Below, one piece after another: positions 27,468 to 37,845 of a stretch of DNA of 46,565 nt. The notes beneath the pieces were generated by a model that worked only from the letters and a program-made list of their open reading frames with translations, was not told the origin of the DNA and did not search any database. The DNA is taken from the NCBI GenBank assembly GCA_964625675.1, contig CAZVCD010000001.1, forward strand, positions 1 to 46,565, in the 5' to 3' direction. The position numbers were made by a program, and so were the translations under genes. How positions within the stretch are numbered: position 1 is the stretch's first letter; each line of letters opens with the position of its first letter. This DNA is from an uncultured Victivallales bacterium (GTDB lineage Bacteria; Verrucomicrobiota; Lentisphaeria; Victivallales; GWF2-38-69).

Positions 27468-30400
27468 ATGAAAAATAGGATTTTCTACCGTAAAACTACA
27501 CTTATTTTTTCCATTACTTTTCTTTCCTTTTTATTTGTATCCGTTTTTATACCGACAAAGACCATAGCAGTAGAACCAGCAACAACCGTCACAACAGATA
27601 AAAAGGTTGACAAAAAAACCGAACAAAAAGCCACAGATTCATCCGTAAAGAAAGCTGTGGATAGCACAGTGCCACAAACAAAAAGTTTACCACCTGTCGA
27701 GCTTACAATAGAATCCATTCAGAAGAGAATTGATGACGTCAATAAAATGTCATCAATTTCAGCAGAATCCAAAAAGAAAATTATTAATTTCTACAATCTA
27801 GCTTTGAAGTCTCTGGAACGACGCCAAAGTGCGATACAACAAACAAACAAATATTCAAACTTCTTAAAAAAAGGTAAATCTACAACGGATTCAGGAAGTA
27901 ACACGTTGGTGGTTCGTCCAGCAGCAATTGAGCAAAAAGCCAGATCAATGGCACTTTCGGATATTGAAAATAAAGTAGCAGAACTTCAAACACAATTGGG
28001 AATAGAACAAACAAACCTTGAAGTGGCCAAAGAACTTCAGAATAAAATAACAAATAAACCGGCTGAGCTACGACAAAATATTGCCTCCTATGAAACTGAA
28101 TTAACTAAACTACAGTCACAGCTGGATCATCCAAAGAAAGATGCAAGCTTAACTCCTAGAGAAATCAGAGCAAGGAGAACCAGTACAAGGGCAAAATGTG
28201 CAGCATTAATAGCTGAATTAAAAGCAGCAGAACAAGCGTCAGGACTTACAAATATTAAAACTAATCAAATCAACGATAAACTTGCAAGAATGGCACGTAA
28301 AGTTGATCAGCTTGGGAAATTAATAAAAGCCTGGGGGGCAATAAAAGAGACACGGCAGTCAGATATCGCTTTTGTCGAACTCCGTCAAAACAAGGTTTAT
28401 TTAAATGAGCTGAATAATAAAACATATCCTAATGTTAATATTGAATTTCTTCAAAAACTGGCAAAAAGAAATATAGAAATAGCCCAGGAAATAATTACAG
28501 TCGGTCGGTCAGAGAATAAAGCTGAAAAATCACTGAGTATACTAACCGCGCGTAAAAAACTATTAACAGAAGACTTTGCTATAACATCTAGAAGAATAAA
28601 AATGATGGGGCTTACAAAAAAGTCAGGAGCAATATTACAGGCTAAGCGTGCAGTGTTGCTTACAAGCCGAGCTTATCCCGAAATTGTAGAAAAACGCAAT
28701 GAAAATATATTAAATGCTAATCTAAAAAGCGACGACCTACTCCAGGAATCACAATCTTATCTCCCATATAAAGATAAAATTTACCAGGAGCTGGACAATC
28801 TACCAGAAAGTATACCAGAAAACAAACTAAACACATTGTCCACTACAGCATTTGTATTGTTGGAAAGCAACAGAAAACTACTTGAAAATTCAGGCAAAAG
28901 CTATGCGGAATACGTAAAAACATTAAATTCACAAACAACAGCACAGAAAGATATTGATAAAATTTCAAAAGAATTCAGAAACTACATTAACCAGCGTCTT
29001 TTATGGACATCCAGTTCAGATGTATACTCGTTGAATGATATTACTGGATCGTCTAAAGCAGTGCTCTGGCTTCTAAACGGCTCAAATTGGAAATCATTAA
29101 TAAAAGATTTTTCTCATTCAATTACGATAAATCCTATGATCTGGTTACTCATTTTATTGTCATTCATTGTAGCTGTTATATTGCAGTTCTTACTACCTAA
29201 GCGGATAAATAAAATTAATATTTATACGTCAAAACCAATGCAGGATTCAGCTGGGAGAACAATAACAGTTGTCGCTTTAGGAATTCTTCAGGCAATATGT
29301 ATCCCTTTGGTCATTGGCCTCAGCACATTATATTTTTCTAAAATGCCAAATATTCATCTTTTTGCTAGAGCGATGTGTATAGGAATATTCAAAACTGCCG
29401 GGATGTCTATTATTTTCTGTATAATTATTTATTTTTGCAGGAAAGATGGAATCGGTATTACAAATTTTAAATGGTCAGAAAAAATATGCAGTATCATAAG
29501 AAGAGATTTAAAATTATTATTGTATATATCTATACCATTAGTGTTCCTTATTACAACAATACAAAACGGTCTACTTAACCAAAATTTCAGAGGATCACTT
29601 GGGCGAACATTAGCTTCTATCTTTTTAATTATTATTCTGTTGTTTATTTTAAAAATACTTAAAAAAATCAAAAAATCAAAAATTCAAACCAAGCTTGTTC
29701 AATGGATTAAAAAATCTTATTTACGGGTAAGACTCATTGCTATTGCCATTCCGCTACTCCTAATAATTCTAGCCATAGCCGGATACTACTTTACCATTTA
29801 CGAATTTGCACTACATATATTCAAATCTTTTTACTTGCTAATTGTTTTTTTATTTCTAAAGGAAATTCTACATCGCGTTGTATACCTTTCTAAAATACAT
29901 TTAGCCTACAAGAAGGCTGAAGCTGAGAAAACGGCAGAGCGAGAAAGAAAGAAACTTGAAAAGAAAAACCAGGGAGTGGAGTCTTCAGACAACTTAGAAA
30001 TAGAGTTATTAGACACAGTTATAGATGAAGAAAAAATCAACACACAAACTTTTCAGTTAATAAACTTCATTCTGTCAATAGGCATAATTATCGGTATTAT
30101 CATCATCTGGAGTGATGTTTTTCCATCAATACAGTTTCTTAACAATGTTATCATCTGGAGTAGTGCAACCACTGTTTTAAAAGATGGACATGCTGTAATA
30201 CAGCAAATCAGTTTATTAAACCTACTTCAAACTTTTGTCATCTTTATATGTACTGTGGTACTCGTGAAGAATCTTTCCGCAATAATTGAAATTGTTATAT
30301 TCAGAGGAAAACAAGCTCATCCGGGTTCACGACATGCTTTCACACTTATTTCAAAATACATTGTAACATGTATAGGGTTTTTCATTGGGCTTAAATTTAT

Positions 30401-31022
30401 TGGTATCGGTTGGGCACAGTTCCAGTATATGGCGGCAGCAATGACAGTAGGTTTAAGTTTCGGTTTAAAAGATATTTTTGCCAATTTTGTTTCAGGTATC
30501 ATTATCCTGCTCGAAAGACCGATAAGAATGGGAGATATCGTCAGTGTGGGACAGGCAAGCGGAACAGTAACCAAAATACAAATCAGATCCACTACAATAA
30601 CCCAATGGGATCGCCATGAATTAATCGTACCAAACATGTGTTTCCTCTCTGAAAAGATAGTCAACTGGTCACTTTCAAACGACATTATGCGTGTTGTTAT
30701 TTCAGTAAGTATCAGTCACAATTCAAATGCTAAAAAAGCAGAAAAAATTCTACTGCAAATAGCTAAAGACTGTCCACTTACTCTGGAAACACCGGCTCCC
30801 AGCGTAGTTTTCGTTGATTTCGACACTAATTCTTATAAATTTGCTTTGCGTGTTTTTGTAATTATAGACAACATGATGACAGCTCAACATAAGATTCGTC
30901 ATGATATCATAGATCAATTCAAGGAAGCTGAAATCGTAATTCCACATGCTGAGCAAAGTATTCATTTCAGCACAGAAGAACAGCCCTTAAAAGTACAGGT
31001 AATGGATGATATTAAAAAGTGA
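27468..31022 (+). CDS. MscK/KefA-like large mechanosensitive channel
   Basis: 1184 aa. Signal peptide, ~500-aa coiled-coil periplasmic region, ~11 TM helices, and a C-terminal MscS core (GLSFGLKDIFANFVSGIIILLERPIRMGD). Confidence 0.85.
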   Translation: MKNRIFYRKTTLIFSITFLSFLFVSVFIPTKTIAVEPATTVTTDKKVDKKTEQKATDSSVKKAVDSTVPQTKSLPPVELTIESIQKRIDDVNKMSSISAESKKKIINFYNLALKSLERRQSAIQQTNKYSNFLKKGKSTTDSGSNTLVVRPAAIEQKARSMALSDIENKVAELQTQLGIEQTNLEVAKELQNKITNKPAELRQNIASYETELTKLQSQLDHPKKDASLTPREIRARRTSTRAKCAALIAELKAAEQASGLTNIKTNQINDKLARMARKVDQLGKLIKAWGAIKETRQSDIAFVELRQNKVYLNELNNKTYPNVNIEFLQKLAKRNIEIAQEIITVGRSENKAEKSLSILTARKKLLTEDFAITSRRIKMMGLTKKSGAILQAKRAVLLTSRAYPEIVEKRNENILNANLKSDDLLQESQSYLPYKDKIYQELDNLPESIPENKLNTLSTTAFVLLESNRKLLENSGKSYAEYVKTLNSQTTAQKDIDKISKEFRNYINQRLLWTSSSDVYSLNDITGSSKAVLWLLNGSNWKSLIKDFSHSITINPMIWLLILLSFIVAVILQFLLPKRINKINIYTSKPMQDSAGRTITVVALGILQAICIPLVIGLSTLYFSKMPNIHLFARAMCIGIFKTAGMSIIFCIIIYFCRKDGIGITNFKWSEKICSIIRRDLKLLLYISIPLVFLITTIQNGLLNQNFRGSLGRTLASIFLIIILLFILKILKKIKKSKIQTKLVQWIKKSYLRVRLIAIAIPLLLIILAIAGYYFTIYEFALHIFKSFYLLIVFLFLKEILHRVVYLSKIHLAYKKAEAEKTAERERKKLEKKNQGVESSDNLEIELLDTVIDEEKINTQTFQLINFILSIGIIIGIIIIWSDVFPSIQFLNNVIIWSSATTVLKDGHAVIQQISLLNLLQTFVIFICTVVLVKNLSAIIEIVIFRGKQAHPGSRHAFTLISKYIVTCIGFFIGLKFIGIGWAQFQYMAAAMTVGLSFGLKDIFANFVSGIIILLERPIRMGDIVSVGQASGTVTKIQIRSTTITQWDRHELIVPNMCFLSEKIVNWSLSNDIMRVVISVSISHNSNAKKAEKILLQIAKDCPLTLETPAPSVVFVDFDTNSYKFALRVFVIIDNMMTAQHKIRHDIIDQFKEAEIVIPHAEQSIHFSTEEQPLKVQVMDDIKK

Positions 31023-31206
31023 CATATAAAATTCCGTTCGAATACGGGCTCACAAGCATATAAAACTGTTATTTGTTTATCAAAGTTCCATTTACTCTAC
31101 ACTATACTCGCACCAATGTTGGTGAGAGTCCGATGAAAATTTTGGTTATTAATGATAAATAAAGCTTACAGAACTAATTTTTATAAAAGAACGGAGATTT
31201 CACAAA

Positions 31207-32565
31207 ATGATTCTGAAAAATAAAAGCTACTTTCCTCTTATAGGCCTCATTTTATTCATGTGTGCTGTTTCATCATGTGATCAAAATCAAACTCGCTCGA
31301 TACAACCTCCCATAGTTACGGTGACGCCAGTAGAAAAAGTAGCTGTGCAAAGGTATAGAGACATGATCGGACAATTGGTTGCAAATGAGCAGGTTGAGTT
31401 ACGTGCCCGTATTACAGGTATTCTAGAAAAACAAAACTTTAAAGAAGGAGAATTTGTAAAAAAAGACCAACTTCTTTTTGTTATTCAAAAGACTGAATAT
31501 GATGCGAAACTGAAGTCTACTGAAGGTTCAGTAATGGAAGCTCAGGCGGCTGCCAATAATAAAACTATTAACTACAATAGACAGAAAGGACTTTTGGATA
31601 AAAAAGTTATCGCTACAATTGATTATGACCAGGCGAAAGAAGATAAAATGATAGCAGAGGGGCAGCTGCTAGTAGCGCAGGCGAATTATTCACTAGCTAA
31701 ACTTAACCTGAGCTATACTGAAATTAAAGCCCCATTTAAAGGTAAAACAGGTAACGTAACCTATGATCCCGGCAACCTCCTGGATACTAATAGTTCTCCA
31801 CTGGTCACAATTAATAATATGGATCCTATAAAAGTTGAATTCAGTTTCAGCGAGAAACATCTGACAGATATTCTTGAAAAAAAATTGGAGCGTTTTAGGA
31901 AGTTAACTAAAGAAGAACAGAAGAATGTTAAGAAAACTAAAAAAGACATGCCGATACAGTTGAGGCTTTTTTTATCAAACAGTAAAGAATATAGTCATAT
32001 TGGAGACATTATTTTTATGGATAACAAGATTAATCCGATGACCGGAACAATTAAACTTGAGGGTAGTTTTCCCAACCCTGGACACATCCTTGTGCCAGGC
32101 GGATATGTTAATGTTAGGATAGAAAGTAAAGAAAAAAGTAATGTGATTCTTATCCCTCAAACGGCCATACAGTCTGACCAGTTAGGACCCTATGTTTACA
32201 CTGTTAACAAAGATAATATAGCTGAACAAAAGCATATAACTCATGGCGAAACGTATGGCACCAAATTACAAGTGGAAACTGGACTTAAAGCCGGTGATAT
32301 AGTAATAATTGAAGGACTACAGAAAATAAAAAATGGACAGACAGTAAAACCTGAGAATGCATTGATTGAAGAAAAAACAGATGATACAGTGAAAGCGCCA
32401 GCCATACTTGTCGTACCTGAAGTTCAGCCACAGCCCAATGGGCAGAACAGCGAACCTTTAAATAAAGCCGCAAGAAATCCTAGAGCTGTTGAAACAAAGC
32501 CCTCAAGTTCCGTCGCTACAGATACGGATAATGATACTAATAACCCTGGAGCTGCAGTTAAATGA
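31207..32565 (+). CDS. RND efflux periplasmic adaptor (MFP) lipoprotein
   Basis: 452 aa. Lipobox AVSSC, HlyD/AcrA-type lipoyl, hairpin and beta-barrel pattern, and a low-complexity Pro/Asn/Thr-rich C-terminal tail. Confidence 0.88.
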   Translation: MILKNKSYFPLIGLILFMCAVSSCDQNQTRSIQPPIVTVTPVEKVAVQRYRDMIGQLVANEQVELRARITGILEKQNFKEGEFVKKDQLLFVIQKTEYDAKLKSTEGSVMEAQAAANNKTINYNRQKGLLDKKVIATIDYDQAKEDKMIAEGQLLVAQANYSLAKLNLSYTEIKAPFKGKTGNVTYDPGNLLDTNSSPLVTINNMDPIKVEFSFSEKHLTDILEKKLERFRKLTKEEQKNVKKTKKDMPIQLRLFLSNSKEYSHIGDIIFMDNKINPMTGTIKLEGSFPNPGHILVPGGYVNVRIESKEKSNVILIPQTAIQSDQLGPYVYTVNKDNIAEQKHITHGETYGTKLQVETGLKAGDIVIIEGLQKIKNGQTVKPENALIEEKTDDTVKAPAILVVPEVQPQPNGQNSEPLNKAARNPRAVETKPSSSVATDTDNDTNNPGAAVK

Positions 32566-35500
32566 TAAGTCAATTTTTTATATCCAGACCCAAATTTGCT
32601 TTTATTATATCCCTTGCCATTGTAATTGTCGGTCTAATTTCTATTTATAATCTCCCCGTAGCTCAATATCCAGACATTGTACCACCTACTGTTTCTATCA
32701 GTACAACGTACCCGGGTGCCAGTGCTGAAATCGTTGAAAAAACTGTAGTTTCACAACTGGAGCAGCAGATCAACGGCGTTAAAAACATGATCTACTTTTC
32801 CTCACAAAGTTCAAATGACGGATCTGCATCAATTACCGTGTCATTTGATATTGGTACTGATGGAGACATAAACACTATAAATACGCAAAATAGAGTCTCT
32901 ATAGCTCTTTCTAAATTACCTGAAGAAGTTAAAACCCAGGGAGTAACAGTTAAAGAAAAATCTACCGAAATGCTTATGGTAGTGAATGTATATTCTGATA
33001 ATGACAAATATGATAACACATTTTTAAGCAACTTCTGCTCGCTTAATATGCTGGATGAGATAACCCGTATCCCCGGAGTGGGAGATGCGCAGATTCTTGG
33101 AGGACAGCCTTATGCAATGCGAATCTGGCTCAACCCTGACCTAATGGCGGCCCATAAACTGATTACACAGGACGTAATTAGCGCAATTCAGGAACAGAAT
33201 ATCCAAGTTGCCGCTGGTAAAATTGGAGGTGCACCTGCAGCAACAGGACAAAAATTTCAATATACAATTAAAACCCAGGGAAGACTTTCAACTGTTGAGG
33301 AGTTTGAAAACATCATTATCAGAACAGATGAATCCGGGGCTAGTATAAAAATCAAAAACCTTGGAACAGTTGAACTGGGAGCATCTTCTTACAGTGCTTA
33401 TGGTGAACTTAACGGGCGTCCATCGGCAAATCTGGCAGTTTATCAGCTTTCGGGGGCAAACGCGCTGACTGTTGCTGATAGCGTAAAAACTAAAATAGAG
33501 GAATTGAAAAAAAGTTTTCCCGAAGATATACAAACAAGTGTAATGTATGATAGTACAGAATTCGTGAAAGTTTCAATTGAGGAAGTATTAATAACACTGT
33601 TCATCGCTGTTGCACTGGTAATTCTTGTAACATTTATTTTTCTTCAGGACTGGAGATCTACTCTTATCCCTACTATTGCCATTCCTGTATCACTTATTGG
33701 AACTTTTGCCTTTATTCTTGCCCTGGGATACACAATAAACCTTATAACTCTTTTTGGAATTATTCTGGCAATTGGGATTGTTGTGGATGATGCAATTATT
33801 GTTATAGAAAATGTTAACAGAATTATGGAAGAAGAAAACCTTGACCCCGAGGCTGCTACCAGGAAGTCCATGAATCAGGTTACTACGCCTATTATTGCAA
33901 CAACGCTTGTTCTGCTTGCAACATTTATTCCTGTAACATTCCTCCCCGGAATTACCGGAGAACTTTATAGACAGTTTGCTGTAACAATAGCAGTGTCTGT
34001 TTTTATTTCTTCAATTAATGCCTTAACACTCAGTCCGGCCCTGTGTGCTACATTACTCAAACCCGGTAAGAAAAAAGTATGGCTACCTTTTAGATGGTTT
34101 AATAAAGGTTTTGCTGCCCTTACTAACAAATATAATAAATGCATAGCTTTTCTGATCAGAAGACTGGCTTTAGTTATATTAGGTTTTATAATTCTCATAG
34201 GGGCTTCCTGTTACCTATATAAGGTACTTCCTACTGGCTTTGTACCTGATGAAGATCAGGGTAAAATAGTTCTTGATATTCAGCTGCCGGACGGCGCCGC
34301 TCTTGACCGTACAGCAGAAGTAATGAAACAAATAAATGATTTGCTTCAGAAAACTCCTGGCATCAAGGATGTATTAAGTGTTATAGGCTTCTCTCCAATG
34401 ACACAGTCAACAGCATCAAATGTAGGTTTTGCTATCGTTATACTTGATGACTGGAGTAAACGATTAACTCCTGACCTTCAAGTAAATTCTTTATTAAAAA
34501 AACTTAACATGGAATTCAGCAAGATGCCTGAGGCTGATATCAGGGCATTGAACACGCCCCCAATTCCTGGACTTGGATCAAGCGGCGGTTTTGAATTTGA
34601 ACTTCAGCAAAAAGGAGCAGGTGATCCTAATAAACTTTATTCAATAATGAATGATATTATCTATAAAGCTAATCAATCTGAAACTCTGTCACAGGTGTTC
34701 AGTACTTATAGAGTAAATGCTTCCCAGATTTTTCTCACTGTCGACAAAGATAAAGTTAAAAACATGGATATTGCTCTAACAGATGTTTATAATACGCTTC
34801 AGACATATCTTGGATCCATCTATGTTAACGATTTTAATAAATTTGGCAAGACTTATCAAGTTATGGTGCAGGCGCTTCCCCAATTCAGAAACATTGTTCA
34901 GGATATAAATTATCTATACACTAGAAACAATGCTGGGGAGATGATTCCTCTTGAGACTCTTGTCTCTACAAAAGAAGTCCTAGGCCCTGAAGTTATAAAC
35001 CACTATAATATGTTTCAATCTGCCAAAATCACAGGTTCTGCTGCTACTGGATACAGCTCAGGTGAGGCAATTGCTGAAATGGAAAAAATTGCAAATGAAA
35101 CTATACCCAGCGATATGACCTACTCCTGGACAGGTACCTCCTACCAGGAAATTCTTGCCGGCAACATGACGTTTATTGTGTTCGGTCTAGCTCTAATATT
35201 TATTTATATGTTTCTTGTGGCACAGTATGAAAGCTGGATGATAGCATTTGCTGTAATGCTATCTGTTCCTGTTGCTATATTCGGTGCACTGGCAGCTTTA
35301 TGGGTGACAGGGATTGAAATGAACATCTATGCCCAAATAGGTTTCACTCTTCTTTTTGGGATGGCAACAAAAACTGCTATTTTGATTGTTGAGTTTGCTA
35401 AAGAACAAAGGGAATCTGGAAAATCGATACTTAAAGCTGCTGAATTTGCAGCTAATCTGAGATTCAGAGCAGTGATCATGACTGCCATATCATTTATTTT

Positions 35501-35690
35501 AGGTGTTCTTCCACTCGTAATAGCTACCGGCCCTAGCGCCGCCAGCAGAAGATCCCTTGGAACGGCTGTTTTCGGTGGTATGATTTCTGCAGCTATATTC
35601 GGGACATTAGTAGTTCCGGCTTTTTATGTAATTATACAGAAAGTAATAGAATTCAAATTTAATAAAAGCAAGAACGAGGCAGTAAAATGA
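32562..35690 (+). CDS. RND multidrug efflux permease (HAE1, AcrB/MexB family)
   Basis: 1042 aa. N-terminus FFISRPKFAFIISL..., 12-TM architecture with two large periplasmic loops, and GIVVDDAIIVIEN motif. 4-nt overlap with the MFP gene. Confidence 0.95.
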   Translation: MISQFFISRPKFAFIISLAIVIVGLISIYNLPVAQYPDIVPPTVSISTTYPGASAEIVEKTVVSQLEQQINGVKNMIYFSSQSSNDGSASITVSFDIGTDGDINTINTQNRVSIALSKLPEEVKTQGVTVKEKSTEMLMVVNVYSDNDKYDNTFLSNFCSLNMLDEITRIPGVGDAQILGGQPYAMRIWLNPDLMAAHKLITQDVISAIQEQNIQVAAGKIGGAPAATGQKFQYTIKTQGRLSTVEEFENIIIRTDESGASIKIKNLGTVELGASSYSAYGELNGRPSANLAVYQLSGANALTVADSVKTKIEELKKSFPEDIQTSVMYDSTEFVKVSIEEVLITLFIAVALVILVTFIFLQDWRSTLIPTIAIPVSLIGTFAFILALGYTINLITLFGIILAIGIVVDDAIIVIENVNRIMEEENLDPEAATRKSMNQVTTPIIATTLVLLATFIPVTFLPGITGELYRQFAVTIAVSVFISSINALTLSPALCATLLKPGKKKVWLPFRWFNKGFAALTNKYNKCIAFLIRRLALVILGFIILIGASCYLYKVLPTGFVPDEDQGKIVLDIQLPDGAALDRTAEVMKQINDLLQKTPGIKDVLSVIGFSPMTQSTASNVGFAIVILDDWSKRLTPDLQVNSLLKKLNMEFSKMPEADIRALNTPPIPGLGSSGGFEFELQQKGAGDPNKLYSIMNDIIYKANQSETLSQVFSTYRVNASQIFLTVDKDKVKNMDIALTDVYNTLQTYLGSIYVNDFNKFGKTYQVMVQALPQFRNIVQDINYLYTRNNAGEMIPLETLVSTKEVLGPEVINHYNMFQSAKITGSAATGYSSGEAIAEMEKIANETIPSDMTYSWTGTSYQEILAGNMTFIVFGLALIFIYMFLVAQYESWMIAFAVMLSVPVAIFGALAALWVTGIEMNIYAQIGFTLLFGMATKTAILIVEFAKEQRESGKSILKAAEFAANLRFRAVIMTAISFILGVLPLVIATGPSAASRRSLGTAVFGGMISAAIFGTLVVPAFYVIIQKVIEFKFNKSKNEAVK

Positions 35691-36454
35691 AAACGACACT
35701 AAAAGATTTAGCAAAAATGATAGATCATTCACTGCTGCATCCTACAATGACTGATGAAGTACTTCGTGAAGGCTGTGAAGTCGCAAGGCAATATGATGTT
35801 GCATCTGTCTGCATAAAACCCTATGCTGTTAAAATGGCAAAGAAACTTCTTGCAGGCACTGATGTAAAAACAGGAACAGTAATTGGGTTTCCCCATGGCA
35901 ACAGCACAAAAGAAATAAAAGTAATGGAAGCTGAAAAAGCCTGTAAAGATGGTGCTGACGAAGTTGATATGGTAATTAACCTTGGTAAAGCACTTGGCGA
36001 AGATTGGGACTATGTAGAAAATGAAATTGATGAGGTTAATAAAACTGTAGCAGCCAAGGGTGCTATTTTAAAAGTTATATTCGAAAATGACTTTCTAGAA
36101 GATATACACATAATAAGACTATGTGAAATATGTAACAACTGTAATGTGGCGTTTGTTAAAACATCAAGTGGGTATGGTTTTGTCAAACAGCACAATGGTA
36201 TGTACTCTTATGATGGGGCCACAGAACCAGATTTAAAGTTGATGCGTAAGTATGCACGATCCGACATCCAGGTCAAAGCTGCCGGAGGTGTCAGAACACT
36301 GAAAGATCTCCTAAAAGTTCGTTCTTTGGGAGTAACCAGAGTTGGCGCCACGGCTACATCCATAATACTTGAAGAAGCAAAGTCAATTTTAGCTTCAGCA
36401 AAAGACCTTGACGAAACTTTGGATGAGAAGACTACTATTGGCGGAGGATACTAG
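35687..36454 (+). CDS. deoC: Deoxyribose-phosphate aldolase
   Basis: 255 aa. IDHSLL, ADEVDMVIN and Schiff-base lysine context FVKTSSGYG. The ATG overlaps the RND stop (ATGA). Confidence 0.88.
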   Translation: MKTTLKDLAKMIDHSLLHPTMTDEVLREGCEVARQYDVASVCIKPYAVKMAKKLLAGTDVKTGTVIGFPHGNSTKEIKVMEAEKACKDGADEVDMVINLGKALGEDWDYVENEIDEVNKTVAAKGAILKVIFENDFLEDIHIIRLCEICNNCNVAFVKTSSGYGFVKQHNGMYSYDGATEPDLKLMRKYARSDIQVKAAGGVRTLKDLLKVRSLGVTRVGATATSIILEEAKSILASAKDLDETLDEKTTIGGGY

Positions 36455-36495
36455 CAGGCAATTTTAAAAAATAGTAGAATACAGGATGTTTAGCA

Positions 36496-37368
36496 ATGAA
36501 AATATTAGTTACCGGTGCTACAGGGCTGTTGGGTTCAGATATTGTATATACTCTTAAACATAGAAACATAGAAACAGTAAAAGCATGTTTTTCCCAGAGA
36601 GGCAATGATTATATTGCAGCCAATATTACAACAGAAGAAGGTATTAAAAAACTTGCAGACATTGATTGGGACTGTTTAATACATACTTCGGCCTGGAGAG
36701 ATCCTGACACATGCGAAAATAAACAGGAGGAAACCTATAGACTTAATGTGTGGGCTGCTGAACAACTTGCAAAAGTAGCTTTAACAAGAAATGCTAAAAT
36801 GGTTTTTATCTCAACAGACTATGTTTTCTCAGGTAATAATCCACCATATACAGAAACAGACTCAAAAGACCCAATTAACTATTACGGAGAAACAAAAAAA
36901 ATAGCCGAAAATAAAATTCTTGAAATTTCCAAAGACTTCTGCATCCTCAGAGTTCCATTGCTATATGGAATAAGAGCAGGCATAAAAGCTTCTGCCCTGC
37001 TTAATACAGCTATCAATGCTTTAAATTCAAATAAACCGTCGCAAATGGATAATACTATTACAAGGTACCCAACATATACTGGTGATGTAGCAGAAGCAGC
37101 ACTTTTATTGTTGAACAAAAAAGCTGAAGGAGTATATCATTTTTCCGGACAGGATAAAACAACGAAATACGGTATTGCAGAAACCATAGCTGATTTGTTA
37201 AATAAAAACATGAACAATGTCACTAAAATGAATGTTCCACCAAATGACGATGCAAAAAGGCCGTTAGATAGTCACATCAGCATGGATAAACTTTTGGCAT
37301 TAGGATTTAAAATGCCTTTGCCATTTAAAAATAGAGTAGAAAAACTGCTAAAAGAAGTTCACCGCTAA
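36496..37368 (+). CDS. NAD(P)-dependent SDR, dTDP-4-dehydrorhamnose reductase (RfbD)-like
   Basis: 290 aa. VTGATGLLGS Rossmann motif, STDYVF and YGETK catalytic motif typical of the RmlD substrate-binding family. Confidence 0.7.
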   Translation: MKILVTGATGLLGSDIVYTLKHRNIETVKACFSQRGNDYIAANITTEEGIKKLADIDWDCLIHTSAWRDPDTCENKQEETYRLNVWAAEQLAKVALTRNAKMVFISTDYVFSGNNPPYTETDSKDPINYYGETKKIAENKILEISKDFCILRVPLLYGIRAGIKASALLNTAINALNSNKPSQMDNTITRYPTYTGDVAEAALLLLNKKAEGVYHFSGQDKTTKYGIAETIADLLNKNMNNVTKMNVPPNDDAKRPLDSHISMDKLLALGFKMPLPFKNRVEKLLKEVHR

Positions 37369-37395
37369 TAGTCACTAATGAACACTAATAAATTA
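37357..37395 (+). repeat. CAC(T/G)AAT-unit repeat element, locus 3 arm A
   Basis: Sequence gttcaccgctaatagtcactaatgaacactaataaatta, 3 mismatches from the 23548 copy. It contains the last two codons and stop of the RfbD-like gene. Confidence 0.8.
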
Positions 37396-37566
37396 GATTC
37401 ATCGAAGAGAATACCGAAAAAACAAACGATAAGGTTTAATTATTTTTTATAGATGTTATTCAATGAAAAAGACGCACCTGATGCAAGGGTAGTAATTGCT
37501 CCTTTTTAAAAATCAACGTAATCAGTCGATGAAAAAAGACTTTTGAGTTATGCATCCTATATAATG

Positions 37567-37615
37567 CCACGAATAGAAAAAATTAGTGTTCATTAGTGTC
37601 TATTAGTGGTAAAAG
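37567..37615 (-). repeat. CAC(T/G)AAT-unit repeat element, locus 3 arm B (inverted)
   Basis: Sequence ccacgaatagaaaaaattagtgttcattagtgtctattagtggtaaaag. It is the inverted partner of 37357-37395, with about 170 nt between the arms. Confidence 0.8.
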
Positions 37616-37626
37616 AAAGGTTTATT

Positions 37627-37746
37627 ATGAATGAAAGACACAAAACAATATTAAAACTACTCTCGCTGCAAAATGAAGTTTCTGTTCTTGATCTCTCCGC
37701 TTCACTTAAGGTTTCGGGCGTAACAATCAGACAGGACTTAATGTAG
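37627..37746 (+). pseudogene. Truncated DeoR-family HTH regulator remnant (39 codons)
   Basis: MNERHKTILKLLSLQNEVSVLDLSASLKVSGVTIRQDLM-stop. This is only the N-terminal HTH of a DeoR-type repressor. The sensor domain is absent. Confidence 0.5.
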
Positions 37747-37845
37747 AAGTCATAGTAGTCTAGTCACCGACAAAGATGCAAAATTTTGTGCTTCTACAAT
37801 TTTCAAACTTTTAATACAGACTCTTATTAAATCAAAAATCAGCAA

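Noticed and set aside
31035-31060. The sequence ccgttcgaatacgg after the MscK-like gene resembles a tRNA T-arm
   Set aside because: It is only a 4-bp stem. There is no acceptor, D or anticodon arm around it. At best it is a weak hairpin.
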